The notes: generated from the letters alone by a model not told the origin. A stretch of 64,000 nucleotides of DNA from an archaeon (GCA_020057405.1 JAGVFW010000014.1:46852-110851); one strand, 5' to 3'. Shown: positions 17,570 through 27,388, counted from the first letter of the stretch. Numbers and translations: made by a program.

Positions 17570-19378
17570 ATGGCTAAAAAGTTTGAGCGCAAGGGCAACA
17601 AGCCCGGCGGCTTCAAGGATAGAGTCGACAAGACTGGCGGAAAGTTTAAGCCCAGCGGCGGCTTCGACCGCCCTCGACCGTCTTACGGCGACAGGCCAAG
17701 CGGCGACCGCCCCCGGCCAGCTTATGGCGACAGGCCGCGCCCGTCTTACGGCGACCGCCCAGGCGGAGACAGGCCCAGGCCAACTTATGGCGAGCGGCGC
17801 GAAGGCGGTTTTGACCGGCCTCGGCCGTCTTACGGCAGCGACCGACCGCGTCCTTCTTATGGAGACCGGCCCCGGCCATCTTATGGAGACAGGAAGCCTA
17901 CTTACGGAGACCGCCGCGAGGGTGGTTTTGACCGTCCTCGACCCTCCTACGGCGACCGAGACCGGCCGCGTCCAGCTTATGGAGACCGACCCCGACCTTC
18001 CTACGGCGACAGACCCCGCCCAGCTTATGGAGACCGCCGAGAGGGTGGATTTGACCGCCCGAGGCGCGATTTTGGCGATAAGCCGCGGTTTGGCAGTGAC
18101 CGACCGCGTCCGTCTTACGGCGACAGGCCGAAGCCTGCTTTTGATGCCAAGCCCAGCGTGGGCGACAAACCCAAGCCGGCGTTTGTAGCCAAGCCTGGCG
18201 TTGGCGACAAGCCGAAGCCTTTTGAGAAGCCTGACTTTAGTGATTCTGGCAGGCGCGAGTTTGAGGATAGGGAGAAGAACTTTCACGCTAGCAGCGCTCG
18301 GCGTTACGAGCGCAAGAGTTTTGACCGCAATGGCCCCAGGCGCGACTATGGCGACAAGCCGAGGTATGGCGGTGACAGGCCGCGTTATGGCGACCGGGAA
18401 GGTGGGGAAAGGCGGTCTTATGCGCCTGGCGGTAGTGGTTTTGGCGGTAGGCCGCAGAGGCGTGATTTTGATCGCGGTGGCAGTGGGCGGGCTGGTTTTG
18501 AGCGCCGCGAGTCTAGCCGCGACGAGAAGCCCAAGTTTGACCACGGTGCTAAGGTAGACCCGACGAAGACTGACTTTGGCGGAACTGGCTCTTCTCTTCA
18601 AGACAAGCGCATGGCGCTTCTACAGCGCGCGAAAGAAAGCGTGAAAGAAGCGTTTACCGGCAAGGGAGCTGCCCTGGCGCAGTCAATCCGCGCCCTAGAC
18701 GACCTTGACTACACTAAAAGCCTGCTCTTCTCAAGACTCCAAGAATACTACGGCATCCACTTCCCCGAACTCAAGCTCGACAACATGGAAAGCTACGCCA
18801 AAATCGCTGCTTTGGGCGACCGAAAGGGCCTAGACGAAAAGAAACTAGCTTTCCTGGGCCACGGCAAGGCAACCCAAGTGGTTAAATTGGCTGAAAAGAG
18901 CTTTGGCTCGGACTTGACGAAGGAAGAAATGGAGTCAGTCCAAAACTTTGCAACCGCCCTAGTAACTGCGAGCGAATCGCGAGAAAAAATGGCGAAATTC
19001 ATCGACGAAGAAGCCAACCGCGTCATGCCCAATGTTACTGCATTGACCGACGCCTTCCTCGCCGCACGCTTCCTCTCACTCGCCGGCTCACTCGAGAAGA
19101 TGGCCCGCATGCCCTCAAGCACGATTCAAGTCATGGGCGCCGAAACCGCCCTCTTCATGCACTTGCGCTCCCACGGCAGGACTCCCCCGCCCAAGCACGG
19201 CATCATCTTCCAGTCGGCTCTCGTCAGGGGCGCTCCCCTAGAACAGCGCGGCAAGATTGCAAGGGCATTGGCTGGAAAGATTTCCATTGCGGTCAAGGCA
19301 GACGCTTACACTGGAAACTTCATCGCAGAGAAGTTGAAGAAGGATTTGGATGAAAGGCTGAAGGAGATTAGAGGCTAG
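17570..19378 (+). CDS. nop5: Nop5/Nop56/58 C/D-box RNP protein with a long low-complexity N-terminal extension
   Basis: C-terminal ~260 aa carry RLQEYYGIHFPEL, MPNVTAL, MPSSTIQVMGAETALF, PPKHGIIFQ and RGKIARALAGKISIA (NOSIC/Nop domain). Confidence 0.9.
   Translation: MAKKFERKGNKPGGFKDRVDKTGGKFKPSGGFDRPRPSYGDRPSGDRPRPAYGDRPRPSYGDRPGGDRPRPTYGERREGGFDRPRPSYGSDRPRPSYGDRPRPSYGDRKPTYGDRREGGFDRPRPSYGDRDRPRPAYGDRPRPSYGDRPRPAYGDRREGGFDRPRRDFGDKPRFGSDRPRPSYGDRPKPAFDAKPSVGDKPKPAFVAKPGVGDKPKPFEKPDFSDSGRREFEDREKNFHASSARRYERKSFDRNGPRRDYGDKPRYGGDRPRYGDREGGERRSYAPGGSGFGGRPQRRDFDRGGSGRAGFERRESSRDEKPKFDHGAKVDPTKTDFGGTGSSLQDKRMALLQRAKESVKEAFTGKGAALAQSIRALDDLDYTKSLLFSRLQEYYGIHFPELKLDNMESYAKIAALGDRKGLDEKKLAFLGHGKATQVVKLAEKSFGSDLTKEEMESVQNFATALVTASESREKMAKFIDEEANRVMPNVTALTDAFLAARFLSLAGSLEKMARMPSSTIQVMGAETALFMHLRSHGRTPPPKHGIIFQSALVRGAPLEQRGKIARALAGKISIAVKADAYTGNFIAEKLKKDLDERLKEIRG
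17660..18130 (+). repeat. Coding tandem repeat of RPRP(S/A/T)YGD with a higher-order RREGGFD unit
   Basis: About ten degenerate 24-nt units with varied synonymous codons. Confidence 0.9.
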
Positions 19379-19388
19379 ACGTGGTTTT

Positions 19389-19913
19389 TTGGAATCCACC
19401 AAACGAGTTTTAAGTAAAGATGAGATTAAGCGACTAGAAAAACTATTGCGCCTCTCTTTTCATAGTATTAGAAAAATAAGAGATTCGGACACGTTAGCGA
19501 GTGCAATACAGTATCCAAAAATTCCGGCTATTTTTTCGGAATCACTAATAATTCAAGCTTCAAAAAAGATTTTTGGACCTAAGTACAACGCCAAGCCTGG
19601 AGGAAAGCAATGTGACATAGAACTTTCTTCTAAAGGAAAGCAAAAACTTAAAGTCGAAATTAAGGCTACAGGCGACAGTAGTTTCCAGTATTTTGGAGAA
19701 AAAGACATTAATGCAGACTATTTGGTTTGGGTTTCTTTTGGCAGCTACTTCAAAAAACAAAGGCCCAAAACAACTATACAAATATTGATTTTATCTCAAC
19801 CGAACAAAATATTTTTTAAACCAACTAAAATAACTCTCAAAAATTTCATCAAAATAAGTAAAAAACACATCAAGACAAAGCACTATAAAAACACGGCTCA
19901 ACTATTAAGTTAA
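19389..19913 (+). CDS. Putative PD-(D/E)xK endonuclease
   Basis: FSESL...CDIELSSKGKQKLKVEIKAT...ADYLVWV; AT-rich DNA; TTG start. Confidence 0.6.
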   Translation: MESTKRVLSKDEIKRLEKLLRLSFHSIRKIRDSDTLASAIQYPKIPAIFSESLIIQASKKIFGPKYNAKPGGKQCDIELSSKGKQKLKVEIKATGDSSFQYFGEKDINADYLVWVSFGSYFKKQRPKTTIQILILSQPNKIFFKPTKITLKNFIKISKKHIKTKHYKNTAQLLS

Positions 19914-19923
19914 AGGGAAAACC

Positions 19924-21072
19924 ATGGAAGTGCTTTCAAAACTCCGCGACGGACGAATTAATGCAGACAATATACTAATCGAGCTTACAATTAAAGAGTA
20001 CCTTGAACTCGCAGAGAAAATACTAAGCAAAAACGAGTTTCAGCGCCAACGAGTAGGCTCATCAAAAACAGTGTACTCCTTGCTAAAAGCAGACTTGTTA
20101 AAAGGCTGCGTTATTCCTCCAATTGTACTCGCATCTAGTTCAGATTCAGAAAAAGCCCTAGATGTTGTCAAGCTTATTGAAAACGGAGATTTACTAATCC
20201 TAGATGGACTTCAAAGAACTATGACCTTACTCGATATAAAAAAGGAATTGGTTGCAAATGGCGATAAAGAAAAATTAGAAGAAATATATAGAGGAAAAAT
20301 TCGCGTCGAAATATATTCTGGCGTTAATCGTCTTGGAGTACTTTATCGAATGCTGACCCTAAATACTGGGCAAACCCCAGTATCCCTTAGACATCAGATA
20401 GAAATCCTATATATCGACTACATCAATAGGGACATTAGCGGAATTCACCTGATACGCGAAGTAGATGACGAAGCACCCGGTAAATCAAAAGAGTACGTTT
20501 TTCGGGACATAGTCGATGGTTTTAACGCCTATCTCGATCGCGATATTTTGCCAATGGATAGACTAGACGTATTAGACAATATCAGGGGACTTGAGAAACT
20601 TTCAACGGAGAACCAGAAACTAGACTTGTTCAAGCAGTTTGTGATAACTTACAATAACTTTATTGAAAAGGTCGAAATGCTCAGTAAAGATTGGGTTCAA
20701 GGCGAAAATACTAAAACAATAAGCCGACCATTTGGAAAGACAACTAGGAAGATCTTTTCAAAGTCGCAGGCAATGACTGGATTCGGATCAGCCGTCGGCA
20801 AGCTCGTCGACTACAAATTAGTTACAGGATTCGAACAAATTGACGATATGATATCAAAATTAGATAATATCGGGCCGGATACGAGTGCAATTGATCAGCT
20901 CCTACTAAACCTTAATACGATTAAAGAGCAGTCTAAGAAAATTGGAACTTCGCAACGCTTTTACTTCCACTACTTTTTTAGAGAATTATTCAACCATGAT
21001 GGCGACTCATACCTAAAATTTGATCTCGCCGTACAAAATGGCTACAACAAATACCTTAGCCAGACGGTCTAA
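19924..21072 (+). CDS. DUF262/ParB-Srx-fold (GmrS/DndB-like) protein
   Basis: FQR, IPPIVL, ILDGLQRT and LNTGQTP motifs. Confidence 0.75.
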   Translation: MEVLSKLRDGRINADNILIELTIKEYLELAEKILSKNEFQRQRVGSSKTVYSLLKADLLKGCVIPPIVLASSSDSEKALDVVKLIENGDLLILDGLQRTMTLLDIKKELVANGDKEKLEEIYRGKIRVEIYSGVNRLGVLYRMLTLNTGQTPVSLRHQIEILYIDYINRDISGIHLIREVDDEAPGKSKEYVFRDIVDGFNAYLDRDILPMDRLDVLDNIRGLEKLSTENQKLDLFKQFVITYNNFIEKVEMLSKDWVQGENTKTISRPFGKTTRKIFSKSQAMTGFGSAVGKLVDYKLVTGFEQIDDMISKLDNIGPDTSAIDQLLLNLNTIKEQSKKIGTSQRFYFHYFFRELFNHDGDSYLKFDLAVQNGYNKYLSQTV

Positions 21073-21074
21073 GA

Positions 21075-22136
21075 ATGCCACTAGTTATTGAAAATAGTGG
21101 GAACGTCCCATTAAATTTCGCTAGCTACGACAATCCAAAAAAACAAATCATCCTAGAACAAGGCGACCTAAGTTGCACACTAGAATACAAGCTGAAATAC
21201 GATAATCAATTTGACCCAACAAATTTTACAGCCCAGATGCTATTCCACAATAACTTATCAGAAAATAATATCTTTCAGGTATATGAAAAAATACTTGGCG
21301 AAAGGATCGGCTGGATAATTCCGCTAAGTGCACTCGGATCAAATGAGCACGATTATTCCGACAACCCCCACTTTCTTCGATATGCATACGTGGCTTACCG
21401 AAAACTAATTGATTCCGATTTTCAAACTAATAAACCAGCATACAAACTCAACTACACTCTCGAGGACTTCTTCCCACCTAACTCCGCAATATTAGTTTTA
21501 AATGATAAAACTCGGAAAATTCCAGATTTCGATATTGACAACTATTTCCCAACACTATACTTTTACGGATATTATCCCAATTATGTGCGAGTTGAATCAA
21601 CGAAAGAAATGAGATTTGAAGCAGATCAAAAACGGATAACACTCTATCCGATTTCCACCGTGCTTCGAGACGAGACCTTCCTAAAAGAATTATTCAAAAA
21701 CTACCTGAATGTGTCAACAGATGACATTTCAAAATTTCACTTACTTTATCAGGTCGTAGAGCTGCTTATAGAACGCGTCTTTAGATCAAAGTTAAAGGCA
21801 TGGCTTGCCGAGAACCATGAACACGAGGAAGCACATAAACTGCGTGAAAAAATCCTAGAAATTAGCAATACTGAAAAGCGGCTCGAGATCTTATTTTGCG
21901 ACTACGTAAAGATTGAACGCCCCTTAACTGAACTCCGATCAATTCTTCTTGAATTTTTGGACGAAAAATCAGACTCCGACACGCCGACATCAAGGTTACT
22001 CTATCAGGCACGAAATGTTATATTTCACGGATATCGCAAACTAACTCCAGAACAAAAAGCACTCTTAACTGAATTAAATAAGTACTTAGACGAATACCTA
22101 GTAAAAGCTGTAGCGACCTACGCCGAAACCACCTAA
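21075..22136 (+). CDS. Putative HEPN-domain protein
   Basis: C-terminal FHLLYQVVE...LYQARNVIFHG contains the Rx4H HEPN RNase motif. Confidence 0.65.
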   Translation: MPLVIENSGNVPLNFASYDNPKKQIILEQGDLSCTLEYKLKYDNQFDPTNFTAQMLFHNNLSENNIFQVYEKILGERIGWIIPLSALGSNEHDYSDNPHFLRYAYVAYRKLIDSDFQTNKPAYKLNYTLEDFFPPNSAILVLNDKTRKIPDFDIDNYFPTLYFYGYYPNYVRVESTKEMRFEADQKRITLYPISTVLRDETFLKELFKNYLNVSTDDISKFHLLYQVVELLIERVFRSKLKAWLAENHEHEEAHKLREKILEISNTEKRLEILFCDYVKIERPLTELRSILLEFLDEKSDSDTPTSRLLYQARNVIFHGYRKLTPEQKALLTELNKYLDEYLVKAVATYAETT

Positions 22137-22208
22137 TCCTATCAAAATAGGCCGGCAATCCTGGCAAACCACCCAGCCTAGGCTTATAAAGGATTTTTCC
22201 CTGATCTT

Positions 22209-23501
22209 GTGGGGATTGTATTGAAGGGCGAAGTTGTGGTTGAAAGGCAGATTCAGCGTGCTGGCTTGAAGCATGTTGACCATTCTTGGGATTTCGCTAG
22301 GGCTAACACTAAGTATTTGACGCACGGAATTCACCCTTACCCGGCCATGATGATTCCGCAAGTAGCTAGACGCGCCATTGAAGCCAATAGGGGTACGGCC
22401 AAAGTTGGATTGGACCCATTCTGCGGATCCGGAAGTGTTCTTTTGGAGTTTAAGCTCGCTGGGCTTAGCTCCTATGGAGTCGACATTAACCCATTGGCAA
22501 CGCTAGTTAGCAGGGTAAAAAATACGCCCATTGCACCCGAAGTGCTGGAACAGGAATGGCTCCGCTTGGGCAGGCGCATTGGTGAGATCGCCTTAAGCCG
22601 TGATTTCGACGTGCCGCAGTTCTTTAACATCGATTACTGGTTTAAACCGGAAGTTATTTTGAAACTCGCTGCAATTCGAACTGCCATTGACGAAGTCGTA
22701 GATCCAATCACCAGAAATTTCTTCCTCGTTTGTTTTAGTGAAACAGTGCGCAAGTCGAGTAACACTAGGGGCGGCGAGTTTAAGCTATATAGAATATCCG
22801 AAGAGAAATTAGCCGACTACAATCCAGACGCGTTTGAAATAATGTCCGCAATTGTTAAGCGAAATATTGCGGCAATGGACGAAACATATTCTTTCTGCAA
22901 GAAAAACAAGACTGGCAATGTTGAAGTCATTCTTGACGACGTGACAACCACTAAAAGCCTTGCAAGTAAGTCGATAGATTTTTTGGTTACATCCCCACCT
23001 TACGGTGACAGTAAGACTACCGTAGCTTACGGACAGTTCAGCAGACTTAGTCTTCAGTGGCTAGGGTTCCCGCAAGAAGTAGTTATGCGATTAGACCAGA
23101 GCATGCTGGGGGGAAGGCCCGCACCTAGCCTTGACTTTGAGTTTTCGTCCCCTTCCCTAGAGAGCGCTGTAACAAAAATAGCTGAAAAAGATGAACTGAG
23201 GGCTAGAGAAGTCCTCTCCTTCTTTATCGATTTTCACAAAGCGTCTGAAAAGTTTGATGCGGTCCTGAAGAAAAAGTCAGGCGTTTGCCTAGTCGTCGGG
23301 AATAGAACAGTCAAAGAAATTAAGATTCCCATGGATGAAATCATGGTCGACCTTTTCGAAGACTTTGGTTTCGAACACAAGCAAACCATTGTCCGCCAAA
23401 TTCCTTTAAAACGGATGCCTAGACGCAACAGCCCGACTAACGTCAAAGGCAATACTGTTTCGACGATGACTGAAGAGAATATCGTGATTCTTTCTCGCTA
23501 G
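22209..23501 (+). CDS. Amino (likely N4-cytosine) DNA methyltransferase, M.MvaI-like
   Basis: THGIHPYPA, motif I LDPFCGSG and motif IV TSPPY; convergent with an REase. Confidence 0.88.
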   Translation: MGIVLKGEVVVERQIQRAGLKHVDHSWDFARANTKYLTHGIHPYPAMMIPQVARRAIEANRGTAKVGLDPFCGSGSVLLEFKLAGLSSYGVDINPLATLVSRVKNTPIAPEVLEQEWLRLGRRIGEIALSRDFDVPQFFNIDYWFKPEVILKLAAIRTAIDEVVDPITRNFFLVCFSETVRKSSNTRGGEFKLYRISEEKLADYNPDAFEIMSAIVKRNIAAMDETYSFCKKNKTGNVEVILDDVTTTKSLASKSIDFLVTSPPYGDSKTTVAYGQFSRLSLQWLGFPQEVVMRLDQSMLGGRPAPSLDFEFSSPSLESAVTKIAEKDELRAREVLSFFIDFHKASEKFDAVLKKKSGVCLVVGNRTVKEIKIPMDEIMVDLFEDFGFEHKQTIVRQIPLKRMPRRNSPTNVKGNTVSTMTEENIVILSR

Positions 23502-24220
23502 ATAATTTTCTTTCTGTGCTCAAAGCATAAGTCTAGTTTGCCGGGCAGCACTCGAAAACCAGTTCCGTGATCGTGAGGTTTTCCACTAGGATATTGCCCA
23601 ATTCGAACATCTACTTTTATGACGCCTTGTTTTAGCAATGCAACGAAACGCCTAAAGCTAAAACCCCAAAGAAACCACGCCTCATTAAACCAGAATTCTT
23701 CACCAAGACCTTTCCCCTTAGACTCGGCCTTAACATACAATAAACCTGGGTATTTAGACTCAAATCTCTGCCTCAGCGTTGTTCGGTCCCAATAACCAAG
23801 CACTTTTCCTCTCTTCGAAACTAGCGCCACTTTATCCGATTTTATTTGAATTTTAAAGCCAGACTTTCCTTTGATTTGATTATACGCTAGAGCATTGACC
23901 GTAGTATGAAGTTCTTTCTTGCGATTTCCTCGTCTAGAAGGATATCCGAAGGTACTGAGAAGAACGGAGTTTGCTTTTTGGGGAAGAGGAGACTTCGTAA
24001 AGAGAGTCAGCATACTTTTTGCATTTTTCCGACCTGACTTAAGCTCGTACAGCTTATCGTCAGGCCCTGGCAGATTGTTCTCAGGTATATTTGAAAGATC
24101 TTCGAGGGTTTTTCCTATACCGGTATCCCCAAGTCGGTGCGTCTTTACGAAACCGGCTTCTTTCGTCTTAATCAGTCGTTCCCGTAACTGTTCTCCGGTG
24201 ATTCGCCTAGCAGATACCAA
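23498..24220 (-). CDS. MvaI/BcnI family type II restriction endonuclease
   Basis: GDTGIGKTLEDL...ENN...PD...ELKS...LTLFTKSP and HDHGTGFR motifs. Confidence 0.88.
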   Translation of the reverse strand: MVSARRITGEQLRERLIKTKEAGFVKTHRLGDTGIGKTLEDLSNIPENNLPGPDDKLYELKSGRKNAKSMLTLFTKSPLPQKANSVLLSTFGYPSRRGNRKKELHTTVNALAYNQIKGKSGFKIQIKSDKVALVSKRGKVLGYWDRTTLRQRFESKYPGLLYVKAESKGKGLGEEFWFNEAWFLWGFSFRRFVALLKQGVIKVDVRIGQYPSGKPHDHGTGFRVLPGKLDLCFEHRKKII

Positions 24221-24349
24221 TTATTTCATCCTACCGATTTCCTTCTTCAATTCCGGCAACGCATCATAAACTACTATTCGAAACTGCTTTTTAAGACCCG
24301 GCAAACCACCCTAAATTCAGTTAAAAACCACTAAATCAAAATAGTAGCT

Positions 24350-24631
24350 ATGTTAAAGGAAATTGCCGTTATGCTTGCAGGCATATTAGCTTTATCCAGC
24401 ATCATTGGGCTAGCGGTAGTATTCACTCAATACTCAGCTTGTATGAATAAAGCAGGAAGCGCACCCAATCCGGACTGTGTGAGTGCAGCAATTACTGGAA
24501 GCGTTTCTTGGCTCGTGAACGAAATAACTTTTCCGCTAAACGTTATTGCGTGGATCGCAACAAATATAGGCGGAATAATTGGCGCAATCTTAATCCTCGG
24601 AGCCATTTGGTTCTTCTTCGGACAAAGGTAA
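24350..24631 (+). CDS. Small membrane protein
   Basis: 93 aa with 2-3 hydrophobic segments; ATG 29 nt after a TTAAAAA box. Confidence 0.65.
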   Translation: MLKEIAVMLAGILALSSIIGLAVVFTQYSACMNKAGSAPNPDCVSAAITGSVSWLVNEITFPLNVIAWIATNIGGIIGAILILGAIWFFFGQR

Positions 24632-24651
24632 TTAAGCACGCTATTTTTGCA

Positions 24652-25371
24652 TTACCTGACGCCGAACAGTCTTTCAGTCACGAGTAGTGTGTCGTGCGTG
24701 TCGGCTTCGAGATATTCGAGGAGTTTCGGGTCCTTGTCGAGCCACATGCGCCAGATTTTATCTCCCTTTGAGGCGCTGTCGCCCGCCGTTCCTTCTGCCA
24801 AGTGCTTTTTCTTCATTAAGGGAAGATCGGAAAACATCGCGTGCTCTAGCACGGCGGAGAGCTTGAGGTACTTTGCCGTAGTGTTGTCCCGCGCTGCTAT
24901 TTCGAAGCGGGCGGCGTGCATCACGTCGAGAATAAACGAGCGGGTGAGGGCGTCTTTTAGGGCCCAGTACCCTTTGGGGTAGACTGGTTTTTCGCCGGGA
25001 GCGAGTTTGGCGCGGAGGAACCCTTCGTACTGCTTGAGTTTGAGGCAGAGGAGCGGAAAGTCGTAGCCGCTGATGTTGTAGCCGGCCAGGACAAGCGGAT
25101 TTATGGAGGCTAAGACGGTACCTAGTTGCTCTAAGAGCGCGCTTTCGGCTTCGTCAGTGTCTTGCGCTAGGAGAATGGTTTTGGTGGTGACTTTATCGCC
25201 CGTGCGCCAGCTGACGCCGGCCGCCAGGACGCGCTCGTTTGAGAGAAAGTCGGTTGGAGAAAGGATTTTTGTCTCTAAGTCAATTGAGGCCACGCGGCCC
25301 CAGCTGCCGCTCTCTTTGACTACGTCAACGACTTTTCGGACGAACTCTTCAGTACGCATAAAACCGGCCAT
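24652..25371 (-). CDS. DEDDy-type 3'-5' exonuclease (RNase H-like)
   Basis: ExoI IDLET, ExoII GYNISGYD and ExoIII EYLEAD motifs. Confidence 0.8.
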   Translation of the reverse strand: MAGFMRTEEFVRKVVDVVKESGSWGRVASIDLETKILSPTDFLSNERVLAAGVSWRTGDKVTTKTILLAQDTDEAESALLEQLGTVLASINPLVLAGYNISGYDFPLLCLKLKQYEGFLRAKLAPGEKPVYPKGYWALKDALTRSFILDVMHAARFEIAARDNTTAKYLKLSAVLEHAMFSDLPLMKKKHLAEGTAGDSASKGDKIWRMWLDKDPKLLEYLEADTHDTLLVTERLFGVR

Positions 25372-25472
25372 GACACTCTTTAGGAGGAGGCGAGCATTAA
25401 ACCCTTACCGACGGCAAGGGCCGGCAAACCACCCTAGAATCGCTTAAAAAGCCCTAAAAATATTGTTTTCTT

Positions 25473-25754
25473 ATGGCAAAAGTTTTCGTTGACAGGAACG
25501 GTTACAAGCGGTACGCTGATTCGGGAAAGCCCGTGCACCGGCACGTGGCGGAACAAAAGCTCGGCAGATCGCTGAGGCCCGGCGAAGTAGTGCACCACAA
25601 GAACCGCGAAAAGACCGACAATAGCAGACGAAACCTTTGGGTGTTTGGTAACCAAGGCCAGCACGACAGGGCGCACGAAACTGACGCCAGAAAGTACGGC
25701 GAGAAATACAGTTACCAAGGAAAAAAGAAGAAAAGCAGCTGGTGGCCGTTCTGA
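25473..25754 (+). CDS. Small HNH endonuclease
   Basis: VHRHVAE...EVVHHKNREKTDNSRRNL...H. Confidence 0.85.
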   Translation: MAKVFVDRNGYKRYADSGKPVHRHVAEQKLGRSLRPGEVVHHKNREKTDNSRRNLWVFGNQGQHDRAHETDARKYGEKYSYQGKKKKSSWWPF

Positions 25755-25755
25755 C

Positions 25756-26289
25756 CTATTTCATGATTTTGTCAAGTCTTTTTTCTAGCTGATATGCGGT
25801 TAGGTCTACTCCATTATTTTTGAATCCTCTTGTTCCATTGATTGAGGTTATTTGCATTTTTTCATTGAATGATATTTGCACGTAAAGGAATTTTTCTTCG
25901 GTGAGGAGTTCGCGTACTTCTTCTGGGGTAAAGCATAGTGTGACGGCTTTCCAGTTTTCTATGCTTTTGCTTTTTTTGGTACTGTTTTTTGTAATAAGTG
26001 GGTACAGACCGAAAATCAAGTACCAGTCTGCGTTTTCTCGACTGGTTTTTTCTATGAAATTGTTTAGCCAAAGAATGTGCTTGTTTCCATTGCTATAAAG
26101 TTTAGAACTTTTAACTTGGAACCTAGTAGTTTCCGACTTAAGCCCATTTTTGACTAAAATGAAGTCTACGCCCTTCTGTTGTCTGCTTACGGGGATGTAA
26201 AACGCGTAATCTTTATTCTTTTTGAACTTCGTTTGAAGTATTTCGATAGCTTTGAACTCGGAGTAGGGAATGCTTATGATTGGTTCCAT
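25756..26289 (-). CDS. Putative PD-(D/E)xK nuclease
   Basis: SE...GVDFILVK...FQVKSS; AT-rich. Confidence 0.6.
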   Translation of the reverse strand: MEPIISIPYSEFKAIEILQTKFKKNKDYAFYIPVSRQQKGVDFILVKNGLKSETTRFQVKSSKLYSNGNKHILWLNNFIEKTSRENADWYLIFGLYPLITKNSTKKSKSIENWKAVTLCFTPEEVRELLTEEKFLYVQISFNEKMQITSINGTRGFKNNGVDLTAYQLEKRLDKIMK

Positions 26290-26364
26290 TCGACCACCAC
26301 TTGGTTTACTTCTTCGCGATTTAGCAGGGTTTGGTGGAATTTAAAGAGCCCGGCAAGCTGCGAG

Positions 26365-26766
26365 TTAGGTTTTCAAGTTTGTTTTGGCCCAGGTGTAGAT
26401 TTTTTCTGTTTGTTTGATGGTGTTGCGGGCGTTTGTTTCGGTTGGTTCTTCGGCGTCGTATTCCACTAGGTTTTTTCGGCTCAGGATGTCGAGGAGTTGG
26501 CGGGCGGTTTCTTTTGCTTGCGGCACGCCAGTTTGCTGCAGCAAGGCGGCAGCGTCCTCGTGGCGCTGGCCTGCAGAGCGTTGCTTTAGGTAAAAAGTGG
26601 TGACGGCGTCGACGCTCGAGATGGCGCAGTGGATGGCGTTTAAGCACGCGAGGTTCCAGTTGCCGTCTTCTTCAGCTTGCTTCATTCCAGTGTAGAATTC
26701 AGTGGCCTTGGTCCAGTAAGAAGCGTACTTGTGCTTGTCAACTGGTCGTGAAACAATTTGCTTCAA
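26365..26766 (-). CDS. HEPN-domain protein (toxin of an HEPN-MNT pair)
   Basis: AIHCAISSVDA...H...RKNLVEY; downstream of the MNT gene. Confidence 0.8.
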   Translation of the reverse strand: MKQIVSRPVDKHKYASYWTKATEFYTGMKQAEEDGNWNLACLNAIHCAISSVDAVTTFYLKQRSAGQRHEDAAALLQQTGVPQAKETARQLLDILSRKNLVEYDAEEPTETNARNTIKQTEKIYTWAKTNLKT

Positions 26767-26776
26767 CTACTCTCCC

Positions 26777-27379
26777 TCACTCTTTCGGGTATATGACTAT
26801 CCCTTCCTTTTCGATGTTTTTAAGTAGGGCTGGGAGTGGTTTGCCGGCCATTTCTTTTGCTGAGAAAACAACGGGCATGACGGGATTGCCAAAAACGCTT
26901 GCGAGCTCTAAAGAAGCGTCTAAAACCTTTTCAGCCGCAAGACCCTTGTCGCTAGCGTCACGCACTACCACAAGCAAGTCCAAGTCGCTCGAGGGACGCT
27001 CGCTCCGACGAGCAACTGAACCAAACACCACCATCTTGACTACTTTAGACAAGTCAAACCGCTTGGCAACCTCGCTAACTATGGCGCTAGCTACTGCGTC
27101 AAACGGCTCGTCAGCTTGCCCAAGCGGCCCGGCCAAAAAATGCTTTTCGTTCAGCTTCCAGACAAACGCCTTGCCCACTTGCTTGCACGACACCAAGCCA
27201 TTATCCCTAAAAACCTTCAGCGCCTCGCCAGCCTGAGGCTGCGAAACAGCTGCAGACAAAGCCAACTCTCGGCCAGTAAACTCCTTTGACGGAAACTTCA
27301 ACAACACGCCCAAAACCCTGGTTCGCGCCTTCGAACCAGCCAAAACACCCAGAACGCCACGAAAAATCAAGCCAAACAC
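26777..27379 (-). CDS. HTH + minimal nucleotidyltransferase (MNT) antitoxin
   Basis: N-terminal HTH (FTGRELA) and VFGSVARR...SDLDLLVV. Confidence 0.85.
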   Translation of the reverse strand: MFGLIFRGVLGVLAGSKARTRVLGVLLKFPSKEFTGRELALSAAVSQPQAGEALKVFRDNGLVSCKQVGKAFVWKLNEKHFLAGPLGQADEPFDAVASAIVSEVAKRFDLSKVVKMVVFGSVARRSERPSSDLDLLVVVRDASDKGLAAEKVLDASLELASVFGNPVMPVVFSAKEMAGKPLPALLKNIEKEGIVIYPKE

Positions 27380-27388
27380 CCCACAAAC

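Noticed and set aside
17660-18130. Tandem repeats as a possible CRISPR array
   Set aside because: The units are degenerate, in frame and lack unique spacers, and there are no cas genes; this is a protein repeat
17516-18601. 361-aa antisense ORF over the nop5 repeat
   Set aside because: A shadow ORF of GC-rich repetitive coding sequence
24221-24290. Fragment VYDALPELKKEIGRMK resembling a DUF86 C-terminus
   Set aside because: Too short, with no start codon; cannot be supported
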